A stretch of 64,000 bases of DNA from Phyllosticta citribraziliensis (GCF_038025025.1 NW_027117339.1:1240001-1304000); one strand, 5' to 3'. Numbered from the stretch's first letter, positions 8,617-22,455 are shown. Numbers and translations: made by a program. The notes: a model not told the origin generated them from the letters alone.

Positions 8617-11600
8617 GTCAGGAACAGGCATGGCGCCGTCAAGCCCACGCAGAGTGAGGCAATGATCCAATATCCCTGCGGAACCCTGCGCAACCACACA
8701 CCCATGCCTCCCGCCAGCTGCCATGCGATATGGATCGCATTTTTTGTTCAACCAAGCCGCCAGCCAGCCATCCCAAGGGAGCCGACGTCGAGCCGCATGT
8801 CCAGCACCAGCACCAGCATCAGCACCAGCACCTCAGCGCAGCCAATATCGGGCACGAGGCCGGGCTTGAAACATTGCTGTTTAGACGACGATCCGAGCAT
8901 CCAACCTGGCCAGCCGAGGGTTGGCGCGCGCAAAAGGGGGGGAGGGGGGCTCCCAGGCTGATTACGTCGACCTGTTGGATCTCAGTGCTCTTCAGCTTCG
9001 AGAAGGAAGGCCTCAATCCGGGCTGAGCTGGCGCTTCCGCATGACCCGTCGACCCCTTCCCTTCCCTTCCCTTTCGCGCCGAACGGTGACCTCAATCGTC
9101 ATTGTAGGTCGTCACTGAACAGGACAGGAACAGGGGCACGAATCACATGACGTGGATGAATCAAGACAGTTGAATGTCGAGGTCGAGGCTGGCTGGCCAA
9201 GGTATCCCAGCTCCCGGCCAGGGGGTCGCCGCCACAGTCTTGGCCTCGCTTTCCTTGGCCATCCGGGAACGCGCCCCCTTTCCCGCTTCCCGCCCGCCCA
9301 CCTGCACCACATTGAGCCCTCGTGGGATGGATGCTGCTGTAACCCGCGCACAATGGTGGTGCAGCAGTCGTCTGCCATGGCATGCCATACAACCCACCAA
9401 CCCGTCACGTCACCTGCCGGGCGTTGGATGGGAACCGGATCCGCACGCGCTTGCGGCAGATCTTCAGGAGAGAACCCCAGCACTGGGAGGTCCCCAAGAA
9501 TAGACAGCCATCTGCTCTGCTTTCCCAATTTAGCAGACCAGAACAAAAATGTTTCGCTTCATCCTCGCCGCTGACTATGGGATCCCGTTCAAACATGACT
9601 AGCTCCAGCTTGCGAGACGCCTGAAACGGCTCTCTCGAGACCCACTCTGGCCCATGAGGCTCTGGACAGCGAGATGACTGTGGCTGCAACGCGCGTACAT
9701 GATGCTTGTGGCTCGCGTCGATTGCCATCATCATTTCTCTCTGCTTCTATTCCTCTTTGATGGCGGCACGTCACTCGGCCAACAATTTACCTAGCGGATC
9801 CATTCCATGTCTGTTGCATCTTCCAAATCGTGCTTCAGGCTTTCCACCGACGGCGGGCCTCTTTCTCAAAGCAGCCAGCTGCCGCTCCAGCGACATGGTA
9901 TGGCTATGGCAGTGTGCGACAGGCGCCTGCCCGTCTCCAAAACACTGGTTAAGCTCTCCTGGGAACTGGGTCGCTGCCGTGTCACCGCCTCGCCACACTT
10001 TGTTCGCCTGTCGGGCTCCCGCTGGCGTGCCTGTGGCGCCGCCGCTGCCCATGCACGTCTCACAACTCTGGCTGTCTGTCGAGCAACCATTCCAGCGTGA
10101 CAATCAATCTTTGCTGTCGCCCAAGACACATGGCCATGCGACGCGACGCGACGCAACATTGCACCAACCCTTCAGCTGTCCTCCACTCCGCCGTCACCGT
10201 GCCGGCACTGCCGCCAGCACACCCACCCGCGCAAACAAAGACACCCAAAATAGCTCATCGCCTCCTCTGTCCCATCTCTTGTCCAAGCCAAAGTCAATGA
10301 CGGCAAGCGTTGCATCTTCATCACGTCGTCGACACTTGCCGCCGACGCCGGGTCTCAGGTTCAGGTCGTTCGGGGTCTTCAGCCCATCAGCCGCTCCCGA
10401 TCCACATTAACGACTTTGCCCACTTTTCCCCGTCCGCTTGCAGGCATTCCGATATTGATGATCTGCTCCCAGGGCGCCCTTTCCCTCGTCCTGCACGTCA
10501 ACAAAACGACGGCCTTTTTTTACTTGTTGTTCGCCTCGCACATGCACGCTGCGCCCGCCCGCCTACCTGGATGGCCTTCCTGCAATGCGCCTTGTTTTTT
10601 TCCCCAATGCCACAGCAGCAGGTCCATCAACTTCTGTCGCTGGCTGAAAAGAGTCATTTCGTTAAAAAAGATTCTGCGTCCTGGGCCCCAAAAGCAACTC
10701 CAACTTTTTCTCCACCACCCTGATCTGCACGCGTCAGAAAGCAGGCACCCGCTCCCTGTCGCTGATCGCTCGTCGTCCGCCCGCCCACCCTTCCCGCCGC
10801 GCTTGGCTGCCGCGCTGCCGCTACCACTACCGCTACCCGCCGTACGCCGCCCTGCCTGCCTGGCTGCCAACTGACGAAACACCCGTCATCCCAACAGCTT
10901 TGCGACCCTTGACCGATCGAGAACGAGTGCAAAACGGCTCGACTTTCCCATCAACACCTTGGCCGCTGACGAGTGCTAGACGCGGCTCGCTTGGCCATTG
11001 CTTAAACCGCTCGCTTGCCGTTTGTACCCAACACCAAAAGGCAAAGTGGCTCGAATCTAGACAAATCTGGGTTCAAGTGACTCAGCATCAATCGCTGCTC
11101 GACTTGACAAGGTTCCTCGGTCCCTGAAAAAACACTGCTGACTTGCTACCGCTGCTGCCCAGCGGGCCGGGAATTTAGACTTTTGACTCGATAAGCCGCA
11201 GGCCCTGTGGATGTACGCATCATATGGCACCAATTTCAATTTTTTTTTTTTTTCTTTCTCTTTCTCTTTCCTCCTTGGACTTTGGCAGTCAACCTTGTTC
11301 GTCGAAGGGCAATCGTGAAAATATTTCAACGTGTGACGAAATTGCCGCGTGGTGAGCATACCTCTTACTCAAAGGCACCAGCACATCGCGATCGATGCCG
11401 TTCTCGGTCAGCATATACTCACTACACCAAAGCCAACCCAAAAAGACAGTGTCTGGGCAGCAATAGATACCGCTTTACTTCGGTCGTCCTTTGCACCGAG
11501 CAGAGCCGCCGACTGCCTATCTTCCAACCCTGTCGAAGCATCATTCATCGGACGACTAGACAGACAGAGAGAACGAGATGCTTGACTCGCACAAGCACGA

Positions 11601-11911
11601 GCCCAGATGGAATGATTGCTCCTTTGACTTTTTGTTCAATTCGGGAAGCGTCAAAGCAAACGACTACCACAATCCACATGGCGGCCAAACCGCGAGCGTC
11701 TTTTTCCTTTCACGTCTCTTTACCACCACTGCAGCCCAACATCTCATACTCAAGACGTGCTGCAGCACCATGCATCTGATCGACTTACAAGCCGTGGTGA
11801 GCAAAGGTAGTTGGCTTCGTCACTTTCACATGCGTCAGTAGTCTCTTCTCGCACAATTGGATCCATGCAGAAGAATTGAGTACCCCTGCCAATCAACACT
11901 CTGCCCACCGG

Positions 11912-11935
11912 CCAACCAACCAACCAACCAACCAA
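11912..11935. repeat. (CCAA)n microsatellite; complementary (TTGG)n at ~12326-12348
   Basis: ccaaccaaccaaccaaccaaccaa and tggttggttggttggttggttgg. Confidence 0.8.
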
Positions 11936-13018
11936 AGCCAAACAGATTCTGCCCAATCAATCAACCAACAGAAACACATAACCATCTGATCGGCGCTTAA
12001 ACTCCCCCAAAAACCTCCTGTCTCAACTCACACTTTTCCACGTATCCGCCCTCCGCCATGCCTACCTCCGCGATTGGTCCACGGCGCGCGCCCTGCCGCC
12101 TCCAACCACGCACTCCTTGAGCCTCCTCGCGATCGACCGTCCCTGGCTGGCCGGCGGCTGGCCGGCTGAGCGCAGCGGCACTGCGGCACGGCGGCCGTGG
12201 CGGCAGGGAAGGCCTGCCCTGCGCCTTGTTTCCCCCTGTCTCGCGGTGCATGGGCGGAAGGGAAGGAACAAGCAAGGTCCCGCGCCTTGCCGTTTCCGTT
12301 TTTGCATATGAGGCTTTCCGCTTCCTGGTTGGTTGGTTGGTTGGTTGGCTGGCGGTCGGTCGCCGCTCGTTGGCTGGCTTGTCGATTGGATCGCGGCTAT
12401 GCACGTGTCAAGACTCGCACAAGAGCCATGACGAGTAAGTGCGATAGGTGAGCAGTCAGGAAGCATTTGAGCGCGTGCAGTGTAGGTGTTCTTCAGGGAT
12501 TGCAACACGGAGCATTCGAGCCCCAACACGTAATTCGCCAAAGCCTTGATCGCGTGCGCCATGACTTTGTCACCAAGCCTCGGCCTCTTGTTGAATTGGC
12601 GACCTCGTATCGTCGTGACCGAGCTTGGGAGCAGACAGGACAGGCTGCGGCGCGATTGCGTACTCTTTGGTCTTGGTCAGGGATTGGCAAATGGCATCCC
12701 GATATAGGTGCGTGATTGCCGAGTGTCCTTCTCGATCACTTTTTTCTTTGTGCACCGCCGCCTCTTGCCACTGCTGGGCTGTCATGTATGTATGCACTTG
12801 ACGGTGGAAAGGGACACAATGCTCCACTTCAGAATTCGTTGGCTTCTGCAACTGAGGTGTGAGGCTTGCTACAGTTCCTTTTCCATTTTCTTTTTGCCTG
12901 TGCGCTGTTCTTCTTCGATTCCACGTTCGGCAATCGAACACGCCCTTCCGCCGCCACGGAAAAAAAGCCAGCCCCCTATCCATGTCTGCCATGCGAGGAT
13001 GTCTTGGTTGCTCTGTCA

Positions 13019-15063
13019 TCAAACCTCCTTTTGAACAACGACCACGGTGCTCTCGCTCTTCTCCACCCCGAGCCCCGTGTCCTGAGCAAGCGTGCGGTCT
13101 TTCTCAGAGTTCACCGCCTTATTGCCCACGGCGTCCTCGCCGTCAAAGTACTTGGAGATTTCCTCAAGCGGCGTGTTCCGCGTCTCGACATAGAACCGAG
13201 AGATGATGGCGAATTCAATAGCGAGCCACACGCACTACAGTGGCAATTAGCAAGTGACGCCAGCGCCATACGAAAAAAGGAACCACATGAATGCAAGAGA
13301 CAAAGAAGCAAGTCTTACATAGAAAATATAGTACTTCCAGTGCAGCGCATCGAGGGCGATTGGGTTGACAAAAGTCGAGACGAACAGCGACGCGTCGATG
13401 CAGAACCACAGCACTGCGATGCCCTTGGCACGGATGTTGAACGGCAGTATCTCCACGGCGTAGCCGACCATCAGGCCCGACCAGGCAGTGTTGTAGCAAA
13501 AGTAGAATAAAAAGATCATCTGCGAGGATTAGTAGAGTCAGGTCAAGGCTGGTCAGTACGAAGCAGGGGGTGGCGGTACAGGGGCAAGGGGGTCAAAATC
13601 AGGGGTGCGCAACGCAGACTTACGAACACGACCGCGTTGCCCATGGCACGGTTTTCGTAGCTGCTGAGCTCCAGCCGTGCCGACAGAACCGTCCACACGA
13701 CGAAGCAGACCAGCATGCCAGCGGTCGACCCGAGGAACAGCTTTCGTCGGCCGACGCGGTCCACGACGAAGCAGGACCCGACGGCCACGCACGCGTTGGC
13801 AATCTGCAGCACGCCGTTGATGACCAGCTGCTGGTTGCTGTCGGTGATGCCGACCGAGGCGAGCACCGAGCTCATGTAGTACGACACGAGCCCGTTGCCC
13901 GACCACTGCGAGAAGAGGCCGAGCGTGGCGAGGATGAGCAGCCGCCTGCGGTTGCCCTTGGTGCGCCACAGCTCGGCCCAGCCGCCGCTGGAGTCGCATT
14001 CGGACTCGAGTTTGAGCGTCGACTTGATTTCTTCAAACTCGACCTGGACCATTTCGTCGTCGGCTGTCCGTGTGGAGCGTCAGTGCCAAAATGTCTCAGG
14101 CCTTGGTGCACAGGAATAAGTAGAACGCACCATTTCCGTTGGCGTGTACTTTTGCCAGGACCCTCAAGGCGACCTCTTGATTCCCCTTGCTAATGTGCCA
14201 TCTGGGGCTCTCGGGCACAAACCACACAAAGCAAAGCTGCAGCATTGGCGGTGCGGCCTGAACCATGCTCGGCACGCGCCAACTCCACTGGTTCATGACC
14301 TGGCTGGTGCCGAAAGTCAGCCACGCCGCCACGATGCTGCCGACATACCACGTTGTGTTGTAGACTGTCGTGAAGGTGGCTCGGTGCTGCGGGTGCACCA
14401 GCTCGGCGATCAGGAGAGGAGAAGCAACGTGCGCAATGGCCACCCCAAAGCCGACGAGAAAGCGCCCTGCAATGAACATGTGGAGGTTGAAGCTGGCGGC
14501 CTGGAGTCCTACTCCCAGAATCATGACGACCGCTCCGGAGAAGATGGCCATGCGCCGCCCGAAAAAGTCGGCCAAGTAAGGAACAATGGGCTGTGCAAGT
14601 ACTCCACCTAGGAATAGAATTGAACTGAAGAGACCGACAATGGTTCCAGTGGGATGGTCGAAGTCTGACAGTTGTTAGCGCGAGGCGAATGTCAAAGTCA
14701 TTCAGACCAAGGTAAGTCTGGATGATGCAAACATTGCCCTCGTAAACATAGCCAGAGCAGCAGAATTGTGATCGTGATCCAATCCATCCTCGGTCTAACG
14801 CCATGGAGAGACAACGCTTACGCACATTCTTTGAATTGATCCAACGCAAGTAGACCATTGACCATGCTCGAATCATAACCATTCGTTGCCTGCAATGGGT
14901 TATCGATCCGCCGCTCACAGTACCTGGTAAGAGTACTTACACTAGTGAGCACCACAAACATCAAAATGAAGTAAACTTTTCGCATCTCGGGTTCCTTCCA
15001 CCACGTAACTTTGGGGAACTCCTGTCCAGCGAGACGAAAATGGCCTCTGGAAGCGGAATCCAT
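13019..15063 (-). CDS. MFS sugar porter, lactose permease / cellodextrin-transporter-like (multi-exon)
   Basis: ATNGYDSSMVNGL, ADFFGRR, AELVHPQHRA, WRVPSMVQ, VPESPRW, FSQWSGNGLVSYY, VDRVGRRKL, EILPFNIRAKG, ETRNTPLEEI sugar-porter motifs in successive exons. Confidence 0.93.
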
Positions 15064-16093
15064 GCTGACAGTAGTGGTGGTAGCTGGGACGAGGAAATAG
15101 GGTTGACGGTATAGTTTTTTTGAAAGCCCTGAACATCACGGCTCCCTCAATCGCTTCCAGTAGCATTTATACATCTTTCGAGGACTTTTTTCGCTTGAAC
15201 TCGTGGTTGGCTTGGCCACTTCCCGCTCGCGAGGGTCCTAGAGCCCAGAGCGCCGACAGGATCGCATGTCGGGCCAACATGCCTTCTGGACTAATGGGCA
15301 CGGGCTTCTCGAAGAACCTATGCGGTTTAGCTAGACATTCGAGTGGGGAGAAAGTGCACGGTTGGAAAAGCAGAGCTGAGCGTGCCCGTGTCTTGCCACC
15401 GGCTAGTCAGACTGCCTTTGACCAGTTGTTGTGGAGCAAGGACGTTAGAAATTCATTGACTGTCTGCACCTCTGAACACTTCGTTCTTGGGAAGCACACC
15501 CTTCTTTACCTGAAAGGCGGCGCTGCCGTTCTATTCAGTTTTTCACCCCCAGACCCCTTTCCACCATTCCCCGGTCTAGGCGCGACTCGACAGCAAAGAT
15601 CCACTTGGTCTGTGGAGGCGGTGTAAAATTTCCAGATCTGGCTAGACTTGTCGAACAAGTCAGACCACGGCGAATTCCATGTCTTAGCGAAGTCTCATGC
15701 CCTTTCCAGGAGTTTTCGAGCACAGTCGGGGTGTGTACAAGAACAGCGAGAAACGGCGGGGAAATATTCTGGGGCATGACGAAGTCGCAAAGGAAAACCG
15801 AAGGCTCGGCTCGGTCGAATCGCGTGTATCTTGCCGATCTGCCGATGTGGAGGTAGCACGGCATGGTGGTCGACACGGACGTTGGCGGCTATACTGACTG
15901 ACTAGCGTTTGCCCGGGCCGGAGAAGATGTTAGGATCAGGCCTATCGGGCCCATCGTCTAGTCTTTGTCGGGTGGTCTTGATGTGGTGTTGGGGACCGCG
16001 GGTTGGCCGCGTACCGTCACAGGTGAGATGATCATGAGTACAAGACTCTGACCCCACAACGTGCTTTCAAGAACTTTGACCTCTTCCGGGATT

Positions 16094-16896
16094 TCAGTCT
16101 GGGTCGCTCTCATCGTCTGCATCGAGGTCTTGGTCCTGGCTGTAATCGCTCGCAGAATCGTCGTCTAAGTCGGACTTGGCTTGTCTTGATCTTCGTCTTT
16201 GCGGAGCGCTATGCTGCTTCTCAGAAGTCGCTTGTGGATCGGCCGCATCTGATTCCGGTTGGCTCTGATGAATTTCTGGGGCAGCCGAGCCGGTTCCATA
16301 TCCCTCGATCACGCTGCGAGCCCATTGCAAGCCATTCCACGCCCGAGGCATATCGATGTTGTCCATGTTCTCTCCTTCGATGAAAGCAAGATCACCGGTC
16401 GAACCCAGCAAGTCAGCGGCAGCCTCCTCGATCAAGATGGCCATGGCCAAAAGTGCGGTTTCATCCATGCTTCTGTAATCCACTCGGCTATCCTCCCCAT
16501 AAGAAGCATTGTAGTAGTCGGACGTGTACGCGTGGAGAGCCTTGACTAAGTCTGATTCCGGTAAACGCTGATGCTCCCCAAGATGTCTGTCGGCGTCGTA
16601 TGGGTCATTTTCTTCATATCGGTCGGGCGCGTTTCTCATTCTAAAGAGAACTTCCTCTGGCGGGACGGGAAGGCGAGAAGAAGACGCCGTGTCCCGGTCT
16701 TTGGCGACAAACGGTTCTGCAAACATGAATCCATTACTAGAAACGCGTCCTGGGTGATGTGAGTTAAAAAGTTGTGTGCACGGCAGTGGACGCATTCACC
16801 TGCGACAGCATCATAGAGAGTTGCTGTCCTTTTCTTCGCCAGCGGCTCATCAGCCAGGTCGGAGCTGAGAGGGTGGTCAGCTTTACGTTTAGGCAT
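16094..16896 (-). CDS. RRN10: RNA polymerase I upstream activation factor subunit Rrn10-like protein (intron 16799-16750)
   Basis: TLYDAVAGRV, VPPEEVLFR, LPESDLVKALHAYTSDYY, SMDETALLAMAILIEE resemble the UAF_Rrn10 family; clean 50-nt intron. Confidence 0.7.
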
Positions 16897-17139
16897 TGTG
16901 GTTTGTTTGGTTGTGGAATAAAAGGTGCTTCGGGTGACGCGATGGCTTAATGCGCAAACGGTCGCTCCGTGTGCTGTAGCACCCCGCCCCACGTACGGCG
17001 GTCCATAGAGGTGTCAGTGCAGTGCCGTCGCGCGCGGACCGAACCGAGGTAGAGCTGCTCTGCTGCGGATGCGGCTTCACGTTCACCACGCCGCCATGCC
17101 AGTTATCACTGACGGCGCAAACAACCGTCCCCTTTCCTC

Positions 17140-20100
17140 ATGGCTCCGGCGCCCAAAAAGCAAGCGGCTTTGCAGGCCGAGGTTGCTCTCCTGCCCTCCC
17201 TGTTCAACTGCCTGGTAAACCTGCCCGCCTCACTGGTCTCGGTGCTGGTCAACACCAACACTGTAAGCACGCGCACTCTCTCAGGCCACGGAGCTCTGCT
17301 AACGTCCCAAGATCGCCCAAAATGTTGTCGTCGAGCTCACCTACCGCCAACCTGTCCCTGGCGACGGCGCGAATCCCAATGGCGCATCCACCGTACAAAA
17401 GTCGGCTTTCTTTGGCTGGACCGGCATGCAGGCCCAGCGCAAACCAGCGCCCGTCGTCGGAAGAGATGGAATTGCCGGCAGTAGAGGGAGCGCGGTTCCC
17501 CGCGACTCAGACTTGTCCGTAGTGGAGCTGGACGCGACCTTTGGCCGGCTCCTTGGGCTCAGCGAAGGGCAGAAGGTATACAACCCTCACAACACACCTG
17601 CGGTCTAGGGCGCTCATTGACCAGCCTTAGTAGGTTGGCATTTTACTCCACGTAGAACCTCCCCAGGCACATACAATTGTCATCGAGCCCTTGACACCAG
17701 CAGATTGGGAGAGTAGGTCAAGCAAACCGGTTGGGAGAGCCGCGCTAACTGCGCATGTATAGTGATTGAACTCCATGCCCAATTTCTGGAACTCAATTTC
17801 CTCTCGCAAGTTCGTGCCTTGCCAAATCCCGGGTATACTCCCTCGGCAGACGCGCAGAAGCAGCCGACTCATCCTCTGACATTGCATCTCTCACTATCAT
17901 CAAATGCGAACGTCATAGTAACTGGCCTTACTCCCGCACCGTCCTCGACGACCCCCTTTGTCAAAGTCTCGCCCGATGCCGAGGTCCACGTTGCTGCCAA
18001 GACCCGCCAGAGACCTGGCAGAGGTGACAGCCGCAGCGTTGCAAGTGCGGGTCGCAAGAGCCAAGGCGGCAGGAGCACTGCTAGTACAGTGAAGACAAGG
18101 CGAGGAAAATCGGAGCCCACTCGCCGAAACGCCATATTCCTTCGCGGTGTGGACCGCGATCTTGCAGAAGATTGGTTCGAAGATGAAGAAGATGCAAGAA
18201 ATGTCGGATTGAAAATCTGGGTGGATAGGGATGTCCAGCTCACAAAAGCTTTCAGGGGAGTCACCTGGGTGTATGTCTCTGTTGTCAAGCCTTCTGGCAT
18301 CAAGGAACCGGTGGATCCGCAGAAGGAGGCAGAAAGAGAAAAGTCAAGTACTCGCATTGTCGCAAAACTAGGCTTGTGGGACGATGCACCAAACAGCCAA
18401 CATGCCGCCTTGTCTTCAGCGCTCTGTACATCCCTAGGCGCACATGGCGTTGTCGGCGGCCTGGTGCGCCTCGAGCCGGCTCCCCCACAAGCCAGCAAGA
18501 CATCATCGGACCCAAGTTCTCTCCGAACTCTCAAGATTTTTCCGTTCGGTACGTCGGTGCCACAGCACAAGACAGGTCTTAGATTTGGTGGCGAAACCAA
18601 GCAGGAAAAGGAAGAGGCTGCCCGAAACATAAGGCGCGTGTACGAGGAAGACAAGACCAATTCGATTCTTGAGGGCCCTTTGACCGATGGAATGATCCTA
18701 CCGCCCGTCCACGGAGGCTCATGGGAATGGGCCGGCGGGATACTGCGATTCGAACCCTCCGACTCATCCGAGACTGGCAAGAATAATCCGCCATGGTTCA
18801 TTGGAATAGAACGACGAGGCCTCCCTCTCGAGGTTGAAGGGGATATTTCCAAGCCACCAAGTGCCCTGGAAGGCTGGTCGCCAGGAGAAGGTCTTCCAGA
18901 AAAACCTCCAACTCTCGTGGGAATCGATCCTCTTATAGAACAGCTTACATCGCATCTCACCCAATCATCCTCGGTCCTCCTGACTGGTGGTCTTGGTTGT
19001 GGAAAGACGAGCTTGTCGCACCTCCTGGCGCATCGATTGCGAAACGAACATCTCTCTCACATTTCCTACTTCCCTTGCCGCTCATTAGTCACGGATGAGA
19101 CCCGGGTATCTACTATCAAGGAATCCCTCGAAAGGCTCTTTGCAGTTGCCTCGTGGGGTGCTAGGCTAGGTGGACGTTCGGTCATAATTCTTGACGATCT
19201 GGACAAGCTGTGTCCCGCGGAAACTGAGCTGCAGGTTGGCGGTGAGAATGGCCGAAGCAGACACGTCAGCGAGTGCATTTGCACGATTGCAAGACAGTAC
19301 TGCTCCATGGACTCCCGCGTCGTTCTCCTCGCTACGGGCCAGAGCAAGGAAGCTTTCAACAACGTTGTGATTGGAGGTCACGTCGTCCGAGAAATCGTAA
19401 GCTTGAAAGCTCCGAATAAAGAAGGAAGAAGAAAAATCATGGAGAAGCTGGTGTTGCCGGATATGCATGAACAAAAACCTCAAAGACTCAATGGCACGAG
19501 CCCCACGAAACCAGAAGAGAGCCCCTGGATGGAAGGCTCTGCTTCCGGGAGCAGGCCGAGCAGCTCTTCTACCAAAGACGAGTTTCAAGTAGATCCCGCC
19601 CTCGATTTGCTTGATCTGGCTGGCCAGACCGATGGATACATGCCTGGTGATCTCGTGCTCCTCGTGTCTCGTGCACGCAGTGAATCTCTCATTCGAAGCG
19701 TCAGCGCTTCCTCATCCGAAAGTGTCACTTTGACGCAAGCAGATTTCACTCGGGCACTTGATGGCTTCACTCCAGCATCATTGCGCAATGTAACTTTGCA
19801 ATCCAGCACCACGCGCTGGGACAGCATCGGCGGCCTCCTCGCGACTCGGCAGACTCTTCTCGAAACTCTTCAGTACCCCACCACATACGCACCAATATTC
19901 GCGCAGTGTCCACTGCGTCTTCGTTCCGGTCTTCTTCTCTACGGTTACCCGGGCTGCGGTAAGACGCTGCTTGCCTCTGCCGTGGCCGGCGAATGCGGTC
20001 TCAACTTTATAAGCGTCAAAGGCCCAGAAATCCTCAACAAGTACATCGGCGCGTCCGAAAAGTCCGTTCGAGACCTGTTCGAGCGCGCCGAGGCAGCTAA

Positions 20101-21040
20101 GCCGTGCGTTCTCTTCTTCGACGAGTTTGACAGTATTGCGCCCAAGCGCGGACACGACTCGACCGGCGTAACAGACCGTGTCGTCAACCAGCTCCTTACG
20201 CAAATGGACGGCGCCGAGGGACTGTCAGGCGTGTACATTCTCGCCGCCACCAGCCGCCCCGACCTCGTCGACCCGGCACTGCTGCGTCCAGGCCGTTTGG
20301 ACAAAAGCCTGTTGTGCGACATGCCCGACGAAGAGGAGCGGCTCGACGTGCTCAAGGCCGTGACCCGCAGCCTGCGCGTTGCGTCCGAGGTTCTGGATGA
20401 CGCGCAGACGCAGCGCTCGCTCCGCGAAGTCGCGCGTCGCACCCAGGGCTACAGCGGCGCGGACCTGCAGGCTGTGGCGTACAACGCCCAGCTTGAAGCC
20501 ATTCACGACGTCCTGGGCGACCATGATCTAAGCGTCGACGACGGCTCCAACCGCAAGGGTGGCAAAACTAAGGCCCAGCAGAATGGCGTACACGGCGGTA
20601 AAAAGGGTAACAAGGAAGTCGACTTTATGCACTTTCGCTTTGGGGACGAAGACGAAGAGAGCGCCAGAGCTGCCATTGGTCCCGCAGCACTGGGCGAACG
20701 CGCAAAGATTAGCGCGCAGATTGCGAGCATGCAGGCGATGCGACGGAGACAGAAGCAGCTGCAACATGCGGCCCTATCGCCCGACGATGGTGAAGAGAAC
20801 GGTATTGGCGCGAAGAAACGGAATGGCGGGGAAGGAGACGAAGACGAGGAGGAGAGTAAGGAGCCCGTGATTGAGTGGAAGCATTTCGAAAGCTCGCTGC
20901 GGACAACGCGGAGCAGCATCAGCGACCAGGAGAGGAGGAGGCTGGCGACTATTTATAAGGAGTTCATCGTTGGCAGGAGTGGAGAGATGCCGTCTGGGCA
21001 GGGCGGGAGTGAGATTGGTGGCAGGACGAGTTTGATGTAA
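17140..21040 (+). CDS. PEX1: Peroxisomal AAA ATPase Pex1 (introns ~17263-17311, 17576-17633, 17712-17762)
   Basis: N-terminal NCLVNLP, GWTGM, IEPLTPADWE; two AAA modules (GGLGCGKT; LLYGYPGCGKTLLA, FFDEFDSIAPKRGHDSTGVTDRVVNQLLT); C-terminal IGGRTSLM. Confidence 0.96.
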
Positions 21041-21514
21041 AAGCACACATCTTTGGGAGTCGTGTTTATGACCTATATACATACACCCTTGGTCAATGGA
21101 GCAGCGCAAGTTTGGCGAGCAAGGCTTGTTGCCAACAAACGTGACGAATAAACAGTGGTGGAACAGATGGGGAGCACTTCAGCATCTATTCTGAAGAGAT
21201 GATAACAGGGACCATTAGCCATTACCTTCGTCGAGCCTCTCGGAACAAAAAACGTCCATCATGCGATTGTCATCGAGTCATCCATCACCCCTTCAAAATT
21301 AGAATGTGTCACCGCTAAGTGTACATTACAAAAAATGGTATTGTGGTTGAAACGCCGCCAGCAATCTTACAAATCCCATGATCAACAAGCTGGATGGATG
21401 ATGCTTTTTCACTTGCCAACGGTGATTTGAATTCGCAGTCCTCTGCTTCATAGCCGCCGCCGTGTCAAGACTCCAGTGTGGTATGCCTCTCTACAGTCCT
21501 GTGCGAACAGCTTT

Positions 21515-22455
21515 CTACTGCTTGAGAACCTTCTCCGCCGACTCCTTGACCGATGATACGGCGTCCTTTGCCTTGTTCTCGAGGGACTTTTCCCGGCCGC
21601 CGAAGCTGGAGACACGGTCAGCATATTGTGATCAATTGTAGACGACGCCCATTCTTGTATCCGACGGATCTGCAATTGCTGGAGATGGACGTACTGCCAG
21701 TAGTTCAGGTAACGGTAGCCCTGCGCAGCTTGTGCGGAGAAGTTGACGAAGTGGCAGCCAAAGAGAAGGTAGTTTTTGGGGCTAACGGCCAGGGCGTAGC
21801 GCATGAAGACGGCGGAGTAGCAGGTCAGGGCGCCCGTCATCGTACCGGAAATGCTGTAGCGCGCTTGTTAGCATCGACCACAAATCCTCCTAAGCGCGAA
21901 GCGTTTTCAAAATTTCTTTGGGCGTGGTTGTCCCCCAAGTTTGCCGCACGCCCTTTGCCATTGTTTTGCTCGACGATCATAGAATCCCGGCTGTCGTGTG
22001 AGCCGACTCCGTCTGACGTCTGTGCCGAGTGGGGGCACAGATTATCCCCCGAGAGCCTCAGCTGGACGACATTGACTGCGGAAGCGGCAGGCGCGGATGA
22101 TGCATGGCGGACTTGGAAACCATGGCGCGTAGAATGCGAAGTAAAGGGACTGGATTTTACATTTCAGGGTCCTTCTGGGTGTCCATCACCGCCGCGAGCG
22201 GGATGCCGAAGTTCGACGCGGGGCCCCAGAAATCTGTTGGAGAACCCGGCAAGTTAGCCACCTAGCACAAAACCAGCGCTGCAACGGAGACCACGATTGT
22301 AATTGCATCATGAGCTGCGACAATGGGCTGCGAAAACATGAAAGCGCACGAAAAGCGCAGCTGTGGTGGGCAGCAAACGTACGGGTGGAGAAGAAGTAAT
22401 CCAGCGCCTTGTTGGAGCGGATTTTCGCATTGATAGCCTTGATCGCGGCGGCCAT
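21515..22455 (-). CDS. MPC1: Mitochondrial pyruvate carrier subunit 1 (4 exons)
   Basis: [61 protein letters not shown] after splicing. Confidence 0.94.

Noticed and set aside
9706..11779. Several 130-230 aa ORFs in the gene desert
   Set aside because: Non-ATG starts or low-complexity/poly-T-derived sequence, no codon bias and no domain motifs
15400..15892. GGCTAG/GGCTAT XlnR-like sites upstream of the sugar porter
   Set aside because: Hexamers are expected by chance at this density; cannot be supported without conservation data
17869..18960. 363-aa minus-strand ORF
   Set aside because: Antisense shadow within PEX1
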